Both the position numbers and the translations under genes were made by a program. Below are positions 28,491 through 34,382 of a DNA stretch of 64,000 bases, in pieces. Positions within the stretch are counted from its first letter, which is position 1. The number at the start of each line of letters is the position of its first letter. Location of the stretch: IMG/VR virus record IMGVR_UViG_3300002835_000125. The stretch is one strand, 5' to 3'. Source of the DNA: an uncultured virus (IMG/VR IMGVR_UViG_3300002835_000125) (Duplodnaviria; Heunggongvirae; Uroviricota; Caudoviricetes). The notes beneath the pieces are model-generated. The model was not told the origin of the DNA and did no database searches. It saw only the letters and a list, made by a program, of their open reading frames with translations.

Positions 28491-28563
28491 GGGGATAAAG
28501 CTCTAGCGGATGAGCATCTGCCTTGCACGTAGAAGGTTACGATTTCGAGTGTCGTTATCTCCA
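28491..28563 (+). tRNA. tRNA-Ala(TGC)
   Basis: GGGGATA/TATCTCC with G3-U70; TCTGC-CTTGCAC-GTAGA. Confidence 0.9.
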
Positions 28564-28585
28564 CATAGGGGTTCGGAAAATAATT

Positions 28586-28623
28586 AGCTACATCTCTTTA
28601 TTAATAAGGGTTGTAGCTTTTTT
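28586..28623 (+). terminator. terminator ending tRNA operon 2
   Basis: AGCTACA...TGTAGCT stem plus T tract. Confidence 0.75.
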
Positions 28624-28664
28624 ATTGTCTCAAATATTGTAATAATTTGCGACATAATTTATTT

Positions 28665-28695
28665 TTTGTCAGGTTATAACCTTTCTTTATCTTTG
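28665..28695 (+). promoter_or_regulatory. Bacteroidota sigma-A type promoter
   Basis: TTTG-N19-TATCTTTG. Confidence 0.75.
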
Positions 28696-28699
28696 TTTT

Positions 28700-28867
28700 A
28701 TGAATTGGCATATACTACCTGTAAATGATATAGAATATCATGAAGAATCTACCACTTGTAAGTGTGAACCACAAGTAGAATTTATAGAAGGAGATATGCT
28801 AATTATACAAAACTCTTTTGATGGTAGAGAAGGAGTTGAATGGGTAAATGAAATTTTAAATAAATAA
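28700..28867 (+). CDS. small His/Cys-containing phage protein (55 aa; not in track)
   Basis: MNWHILPVNDIEYHEESTTCKCEPQVEFIEGDMLIIHNSFDGREGVEWVNEILNK; has its own promoter. Confidence 0.8.
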   Translation: MNWHILPVNDIEYHEESTTCKCEPQVEFIEGDMLIIQNSFDGREGVEWVNEILNK

Positions 28868-28899
28868 TTTGGAAAATTCAAAATAATTTCGTATATTTG
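28868..28899 (+). promoter_or_regulatory. promoter of tRNA operon 3
   Basis: TTTG-N20-TATATTTG, perfect consensus. Confidence 0.85.
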
Positions 28900-28903
28900 C
28901 TTT

Positions 28904-28972
28904 ATGAAAACATTATCACTATATAGTTCCTCAAGTTATCTCTTATTAAGAGACAGGGATTGTATTGTGTAA
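28904..28972 (+). CDS. attenuator leader peptide 3 (MKTLSLYSSSSYLLLRDRDCIV)
   Basis: Codons 4-15 encode only L,S,Y, the downstream tRNA set. Confidence 0.88.
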   Translation: MKTLSLYSSSSYLLLRDRDCIV

Positions 28973-29000
28973 ATAGCTATAAGCTTTTAGCTCCCCTAAC

Positions 29001-29032
29001 AATCCCTTGTCTTTCCAGATGAGGGATTTTTT
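29001..29032 (+). terminator. attenuator terminator 3
   Basis: AATCCCTTGTCT-TTCC-AGATGAGGGATT-TTTT; 28999-29012 can pair alternatively with 28951-28963. Confidence 0.88.
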
Positions 29033-29035
29033 ATT

Positions 29036-29108
29036 GGCTCTATGACGTAATCGGCAACCGTCTTGGCTTTAGACCCCAAGTTTTCCAGTTCGAATCTGGA
29101 TAGAGCTA
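29036..29108 (+). tRNA. tRNA-Leu(TAG) lacking a long variable arm
   Basis: GGCTCTA/TAGAGCT, A73; CTTGG-CTTTAGACC-CCAAG centred on TAG; TCCAG-TTCGAAT-CTGGA. Confidence 0.8.
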
Positions 29109-29163
29109 CAAATTAGCAGCCCTCTATGGATAATTCTATTGACGAATAGAATATGGGCAAAAT

Positions 29164-29246
29164 ATTCCTGTGGTGAAATGGTGAGACACGGCAGACTTAA
29201 AATCTGCTACGGAGAAACGTTGCTGGTTCGAATCCAGTCAGGAATA
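29164..29246 (+). tRNA. tRNA-Leu(TAA)
   Basis: ATTCCTG/CAGGAAT; GCAGA-CTTAAAA-TCTGC; variable arm present. Confidence 0.93.
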
Positions 29247-29249
29247 CTT

Positions 29250-29334
29250 AGCAGAATGTCAGAGTGGTTTATTGTGATAGTCTTGAAAACTATTGGGTGT
29301 AAAAGCTCCTTGGGTTCGAATCCCAATTTTGCTG
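29250..29334 (+). tRNA. tRNA-Ser(TGA)
   Basis: AGCAGAA/TTTTGCT, G73; ATAGT-CTTGAAA-ACTAT. Confidence 0.9.
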
Positions 29335-29338
29335 CAAT

Positions 29339-29427
29339 AGAAGATTGTGTGAGTGGCTTAAACAACCAGTTTGCTAAACTGGCGAGGGATTAAAACACCT
29401 CCATTGGTTCAAATCCAATATCTTCTG
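29339..29427 (+). tRNA. tRNA-Ser(GCT)
   Basis: AGAAGAT/ATCTTCT, G73; CCAGT-TTGCTAA-ACTGG. Confidence 0.92.
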
Positions 29428-29432
29428 CATAT

Positions 29433-29525
29433 TGTGTTGTAACGGCAGTAGACTGTAAATCTACTCTGCATAACAAATTGTCGTACTGGTCTCGCAGTAA
29501 GAAGGTTCGAATCCTTTCAACACAA
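29433..29525 (+). tRNA. tRNA-Tyr(GTA), non-canonical (no D-arm in normal position, 36 nt variable region)
   Basis: TGTGTTG/CAACACA, A73; GTAGA-CTGTAAA-TCTAC; GAAGG-TTCGAAT-CCTTT; only 8 nt between acceptor and anticodon arms. Confidence 0.75.
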
Positions 29526-29551
29526 CATTAACTTATTATTAACTATAGACA

Positions 29552-29583
29552 TTTGACTATATAAAGTAAATAGTCTATTTTTG
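29552..29583 (+). promoter_or_regulatory. promoter inside an imperfect palindrome
   Basis: TTTG-N20-TATTTTTG; inverted repeat ATAGAC...GTCTAT spans it. Confidence 0.75.
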
Positions 29584-29587
29584 TATT

Positions 29588-29725
29588 GTACAAATTCCCA
29601 ACCGTCATAGGAGATTTGTATTTAATTAACAATAACTATATATTCGATTGATGTAACTTTGTTCTTAGGAACGCAACTTGACGGTTGGGACCCCTTGTAC
29701 TTAATTGTATGAGGGGATTTTTTTT
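29588..29725 (+). ncRNA. putative small RNA or structured leader with terminator
   Basis: Perfect 12 bp stem 29596-29607/29679-29690; terminator CCCCTTGTAC/GTATGAGGGG plus T tract. Confidence 0.6.
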
Positions 29726-29827
29726 GCAGACATCCGAGGTTTTTCTTTCCTTCTTTTACGTCCTCCACAAAAATAAAAGAGTGTCATTAAGATAGTATAG
29801 TATATTACACTTGGTATATTATATGAT

Positions 29828-30056
29828 AGGATGTAGAAAAATCAGCAATGTCTAAGGTGACAACTGGACCTGAACGAAATTATCAGCAAAAACTACATTC
29901 CTCCGTGAAAAATAAAATCATCTTATAGCTGATAATTATTTGTAGATGATTGGCAGGACATGGGAATCTTAGGTTGACAATATGTTTATAGGAGTATGTG
30001 TTAACTATAAATACATTATCCCAACAGGGGAAGACCTTGTTCAGGATAGACCCCCT
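29828..30056 (+). ncRNA. putative multi-pseudoknot RNA
   Basis: Several hairpins plus three 8-10 bp crossing helices; no credible ORF. Confidence 0.55.
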
Positions 30057-30085
30057 TATGTAAATTAACAATAAAATGTAAAACT

Positions 30086-30391
30086 ATGAAAAACCACAAA
30101 ATGACATCATATCAATTCATGATGTTAATGCAAGAATTACCAAATCCAATGTATTATGCTAGAAATGGAGCTAATGTAGGATTTAGAGTAAAAGTAGGAT
30201 ATTTAAAGAAGTCCATTGATAATACTCCTACAATATTAATAAATCCTAATTCTCAACCTATGAAGATGGCAGAAGTTGAACAGGTAGAATTTGAATTAGT
30301 TCCGAACAATACTATTTGGTATTGGCAACCTGTAGAACCAATTACTATAATAACATTAGATAAGAAAGAGTACATTAAAAATTGGGAATAA
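30086..30391 (+). CDS. hypothetical protein
   Basis: ORF with A-rich start context. Confidence 0.7.
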   Translation: MKNHKMTSYQFMMLMQELPNPMYYARNGANVGFRVKVGYLKKSIDNTPTILINPNSQPMKMAEVEQVEFELVPNNTIWYWQPVEPITIITLDKKEYIKNWE

Positions 30392-30699
30392 TGAATATAA
30401 TAAAATGGTATAAAAGAGTATTTAGAATTCTTACTATAGAAGAATGTAAAGAATTAGGATTAGTACATTCTCATAATATATATGGTGATAGTATTAATCA
30501 TTTAAATTGTAGAAGTATTTGGAAAGATGAAAAGGATAGAACATATAGGTGTGAAAGTTTAATACCTACTATAGGAGTACTAGATTTATGGATTTTAAAA
30601 ATGAAAAATCAAGATAAAGTACAACCAATAACTCAAGAAGAATATAATAAAATAAGAGATGAAGAATTTGAAAGGCTCAAGACTTTATATTCGCCTTAA
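30391..30699 (+). CDS. hypothetical protein (ATG 30391, TAATG coupled)
   Basis: ORF track; NIYGDSINHLNCRSIW motif. Confidence 0.7.
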   Translation: MNIIKWYKRVFRILTIEECKELGLVHSHNIYGDSINHLNCRSIWKDEKDRTYRCESLIPTIGVLDLWILKMKNQDKVQPITQEEYNKIRDEEFERLKTLYSP

Positions 30700-30736
30700 C
30701 AAATAATAGTGTAATTTTGGCTTCTAAATAAAAATC

Positions 30737-31057
30737 ATGAAAGTATTAACAGAAGGACATTATTATGAACTAGAACATTTTGAAAAAGATGAATCGGGTA
30801 GTTCAGAAAGTTTACAATTTATCGAAAAGGTTCCAAAAGGTGAAGGGAAAGTACAAGATTTAGTAACAGTAAATAATGGAACTACAAATGAAGAAGTTCT
30901 TAAAGTTCTAATAAATAGAATGAACTATTTACAAGCAAAATTTCCATGTAGAGAAAATGCTATTGTAATTACAAAACTTGAAGAAAGTCTAATGTGGTTA
31001 GAAAAAAGAACTGTTGATAGAATAGCTAGAAATGTAGAAGGTAAACAATTAAAATAA
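30737..31057 (+). CDS. Tad1/Acb2-like immune signal sponge protein
   Basis: LQF...NGTTNEEVLKVLINRMNYLQAKFPCRENAIVITKLEESLMWLEKRTVDRIARNVEG matches the Tad1 helical hairpin as recalled. Confidence 0.78.
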   Translation: MKVLTEGHYYELEHFEKDESGSSESLQFIEKVPKGEGKVQDLVTVNNGTTNEEVLKVLINRMNYLQAKFPCRENAIVITKLEESLMWLEKRTVDRIARNVEGKQLK

Positions 31058-31065
31058 AATAAACT

Positions 31066-31281
31066 ATGAAAAAACAATTATTTACGTATGCTGTATTATT
31101 CCATCAGCATGAAGAGAAAGAGGGAAAATTGGAATACAAAGAAACACTTATTCTTGTAGAACCAAAAGTGATTTTAGCAAAGAATAGTAATGAAGTAGCA
31201 TTCAAAGCTACAAGAGACGTACCAGAACAATATGCAGGATTTTCAGAAAATGTAGAAATTATAGTACGCCCTTTTAAATAG
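31066..31281 (+). CDS. small conserved phage protein ending VRPFK
   Basis: LFTYAVLFH...VILAK...VEIIVRPF. Confidence 0.75.
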   Translation: MKKQLFTYAVLFHQHEEKEGKLEYKETLILVEPKVILAKNSNEVAFKATRDVPEQYAGFSENVEIIVRPFK

Positions 31282-31291
31282 CTCCCCCTTA

Positions 31292-31471
31292 ATGTGGGAT
31301 AGTGGGAGCAAAGGAGTATGGGAACAATTAGTAGACCCACCTAAATATAAAAGTACTTTCCAAAATTATATGGGTACAACTACAAATTTAGTAGGACAAG
31401 CAATAAACACTTTGACAACAGGAACATCAATATCATATAACATGGCAGATGCAATGTCATTCACAAATTAA
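31292..31471 (+). CDS. hypothetical protein (59 aa; not in track)
   Basis: Open frame filling the gap. Confidence 0.45.
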   Translation: MWDSGSKGVWEQLVDPPKYKSTFQNYMGTTTNLVGQAINTLTTGTSISYNMADAMSFTN

Positions 31472-31480
31472 AATCAAATT

Positions 31481-31645
31481 ATGAAAACACTAACAAATCT
31501 ATTTACAAGCAACCCATCTTACATGAAATGGGGTAATGAAAGAATTGCAAAAAGAACAGGGCTGAAACCAAAAACAGTAGAGAAATTCAAAAAGAATCCC
31601 TTGTATAAGATAATGAAAACCCAATATCTTAACGAGATTAATTAG
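31481..31645 (+). CDS. small HTH-like protein (54 aa; not in track)
   Basis: MKTLTNLFTSNPSYMKWGNERIAKRTGLKPKTVEKFKK...; good start context. Confidence 0.65.
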   Translation: MKTLTNLFTSNPSYMKWGNERIAKRTGLKPKTVEKFKKNPLYKIMKTQYLNEIN

Positions 31646-31695
31646 GAAATGTCGCAAAAAAGGCGTATATTGTTATGATATGCGCTTTTTTATTT

Positions 31696-31767
31696 GGCTC
31701 CTTAGTTAAATGGATATAACCGCAGAATTCTAATCTGCATTTGGGAGTTCGATTCTCTCAGGGGCTA
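31696..31767 (+). tRNA. tRNA-Arg(TCT)
   Basis: GGCTCCT/AGGGGCT; GCAGA-ATTCTAA-TCTGC; GGGAG-TTCGATT-CTCTC. Confidence 0.9.
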
Positions 31768-31787
31768 CGAAATCTTAAAAATAAATT

Positions 31788-33104
31788 ATGATTATAACAC
31801 AAACAATGCAAAAGTTTATTGACAATCCGAAGATGTTAGAGAGTGGATATTGCTCAAAAGCAAAATTAGCTCAAAGACTTGGAACAACAATAGACGATAT
31901 TACAGAATCAAGGTTTAAAGTGAAACAAATGATGTCTTCATTAGACCATGCTCAAGAGTTCTTTAAAGAATTAAAATCAGAAATTGTTAATGAACATACT
32001 ACAAGAGTAGATAATGAAAAGGGTACTATAACATCGGATGTAGAAACTACATTTGAACCCAAGAATGATATTGAATTAGCTGAATTACATAAGATTGATT
32101 TAACAAAATACAAAATAAGTACATATTGGTCTAAACTAAAGAGCAATGGTAAATTCACTTCATCTGTATTAGCTACATTAAGAAATATTGATAAGGATAT
32201 TCCTAAACAAAAAGAATCATTAATAGAAGAAATAGATGAATATTTTGGTAGTAAAAAAGCTATTGAAAATTATAGATTCTTCACAAGAGAAATTGATAAG
32301 GATAGAAAAACTGCTAAAAATACAGATGGTCAACTATTAGAAATATCCATTCCTGATTTACACATTGGTAAAATGTCTCATAGAGAAGAAACAGGGGAAG
32401 ATTATGATTTAAAAATTGCATCTGCAAGATATAAGAATGCTATAACTCAACTATTAAAAACAGCCAATTTAGATAATGTATCTGATATATTACTACCCAT
32501 TGGTAATGACTTGTTCAATGTAGATAATCAGTTCTCAACTACTACAGGTGGTACACCACAGGATTGTGATAGTAGGTTCCACAAGATGGTAGGAGCAGCA
32601 AAAGAACTCCTTATAAATACAATAACAGGGTTAAGTGCATTTGCAAGAGTACATGTTCTTATAGTACCAGGCAATCATGATGAAGTTACAACATTTATGT
32701 TAGGTGAAATATTAGAAGCATGGTTTCATAATGATAGTAACATAACTGTAAATAATACAGCAAAACTTAGAAAATACTTCCAATTTGGAAAGAATTCTTT
32801 CCTTTATACTCATGGAGACAAAGAAAAACATGGGGATTTAGGATTGATATTTGCTACAGAAGAACCTAGACTTTGGGCTGATACTAAATACAGATTTGTA
32901 AAACTTGGTCATCTTCACAAGCAAAAGAAAATAGAATATATAACAACAGACACACTTCAAGGGTTCCAAATAGAAATACTTCCATCACTAAGTTCTGCTG
33001 ATAAGTGGCATTATGGAAAAGGTTTCTTAGGAGCAAAGCAAGCAAAAGCCTATCTCTATGATAAAGAACTTGGGGAAATTGCACAGTATACACACACTGT
33101 TTAA
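31788..33104 (+). CDS. calcineurin-like metallophosphoesterase with N-terminal HTH-like region
   Basis: DLHIG, GND, PGNHD, HGD, GHLH motifs. Confidence 0.88.
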   Translation: MIITQTMQKFIDNPKMLESGYCSKAKLAQRLGTTIDDITESRFKVKQMMSSLDHAQEFFKELKSEIVNEHTTRVDNEKGTITSDVETTFEPKNDIELAELHKIDLTKYKISTYWSKLKSNGKFTSSVLATLRNIDKDIPKQKESLIEEIDEYFGSKKAIENYRFFTREIDKDRKTAKNTDGQLLEISIPDLHIGKMSHREETGEDYDLKIASARYKNAITQLLKTANLDNVSDILLPIGNDLFNVDNQFSTTTGGTPQDCDSRFHKMVGAAKELLINTITGLSAFARVHVLIVPGNHDEVTTFMLGEILEAWFHNDSNITVNNTAKLRKYFQFGKNSFLYTHGDKEKHGDLGLIFATEEPRLWADTKYRFVKLGHLHKQKKIEYITTDTLQGFQIEILPSLSSADKWHYGKGFLGAKQAKAYLYDKELGEIAQYTHTV

Positions 33105-33105
33105 T

Positions 33106-33130
33106 AAAGAGTCCCGTAAAGGGACTTTTT
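33106..33130 (+). terminator. intrinsic terminator
   Basis: AGTCCC-GTAAA-GGGACT plus T tract. Confidence 0.85.
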
Positions 33131-33144
33131 AATTTAAAAGATTA

Positions 33145-33176
33145 TTTGTAACTTATAAAATTTTTTAGTATATTAT
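33145..33176 (+). promoter_or_regulatory. putative variant (late?) promoter
   Basis: TTTG-N20-TATATTAT before the tail operon. Confidence 0.55.
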
Positions 33177-33711
33177 GGTGAGAACTGGTATAATATCAAG
33201 TCCAAAAGGACCACGTTTTGTTAAGACAGAATACATGTATCAAATATTCTCTGATGACCTTTATAACACATTTATAAAAGATTATCCAGAATATAAGAAC
33301 ATTAGTAAAGATGAATTTAAGAGAATATGGATAAATATATTAGCTCCAGAAATAAGAAAGGAATCTATAAAAAATCCATTGGGTTTAAAGCTTCCATTTT
33401 ATAATGGAGAATTAAAACTTCAATGGCTTCCATATAGAATGAAAGCTCCTGAGAGAAAGCATAAAAAGGAAACAGGTGAAGATATTCCTATAATATACTT
33501 AAATACTCAAAACAAGATAGGAAAGGTAAAATGGGAAAGAAGAAATGCTGTAAGATATAATAGGTGGTTACAATTCTACGCATTTGAACCACATAGAGAA
33601 ATGGAAAAAATGGCTAAAAAAAGAATAGATGAATCAAATGACATAAGAGTTTCCAGAGTGACATTAGGAGGAGCAAAATATGGTCTTGCACCTTTAAATA
33701 AGAAAATATGA
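33175..33711 (+). CDS. IHF-like protein of the crAss tail module
   Basis: GLKLPFYNGELKL motif; position before ring proteins; start uncertain. Confidence 0.6.
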   Translation: MVRTGIISSPKGPRFVKTEYMYQIFSDDLYNTFIKDYPEYKNISKDEFKRIWINILAPEIRKESIKNPLGLKLPFYNGELKLQWLPYRMKAPERKHKKETGEDIPIIYLNTQNKIGKVKWERRNAVRYNRWLQFYAFEPHREMEKMAKKRIDESNDIRVSRVTLGGAKYGLAPLNKKI

Positions 33712-34382
33712 TTACTAAAAGACAAGCTATATTACAACTTCGAAAGAAGATACAAGAACAACATGCAGATACAGGGTACACTAATCAGTTCCTGTATCTT
33801 TCTATTTTAGAACAAGCCAAATGGATTGTAAAGAGAGAGATACGTTCTGGAAGAGTATATAAAAATATGGACTTATTTAAACCTTTAAAATGTAAGAGAG
33901 TTGTAGAAAGTTCTATTATAGAGAATAGTTGCCCAATAAAAATACCATGTAACATTTGGAGAACAGATAAAAAACTTCCCGATACTTGGCAAGATGATTA
34001 TGGACCAGTTATTAAATATGCAATGTCTGTAGATGACAGCACAAGATGGCATCTTATATCTAAGGAAGAATGGATTAATAAACAGTCTTCTCCATATTTC
34101 AAACTTGACAAGACTAAGTACATGATATATTCTGATGGATACCTTTGGTTTCCAAGAGAAAATCCAAAAAGGATAAATATATATGGATATTGGATAGATG
34201 ACCCCTTATTATATTCAGAATGTGGAGATAAACCACAATGTATTAAATATCTGGACACTCCCTTATATATACCAGATTGGACGGAGGCAGAGATAATAAA
34301 TAAAGCATTTGAGATACTTATAAAGGGTACAAAACAAATTCCTTTAGATGAAGACATAAATAAATCAGAAAATCGTAAATAA
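33708..34382 (+). CDS. putative tail ring protein
   Basis: Position; WRTDKKLP, DGYLW, IYGYW.DP motifs. Confidence 0.65.
   Translation: MITKRQAILQLRKKIQEQHADTGYTNQFLYLSILEQAKWIVKREIRSGRVYKNMDLFKPLKCKRVVESSIIENSCPIKIPCNIWRTDKKLPDTWQDDYGPVIKYAMSVDDSTRWHLISKEEWINKQSSPYFKLDKTKYMIYSDGYLWFPRENPKRINIYGYWIDDPLLYSECGDKPQCIKYLDTPLYIPDWTEAEIINKAFEILIKGTKQIPLDEDINKSENRK

Noticed and set aside
26345..29032. T-box riboswitch explanation for the tRNA leaders
   Set aside because: No T-box sequence or stem I; leaders are short and contain ORFs with matched codon runs.
29036..29108. Suppressor tRNA / stop-codon reassignment as in some crAss-like phages
   Set aside because: The loop is centred on anticodon TAG (Leu), not CTA or TTA, and all long genes are open in the standard code.
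29139..29393. 84 aa ORF in the track
   Set aside because: Runs through three tRNA genes; spurious.
26583..29530. tRNA-associated theta ribozymes in tRNA spacers
   Set aside because: No HDV-like P3/L3 core seen after any tRNA; the only one found is at 18287.
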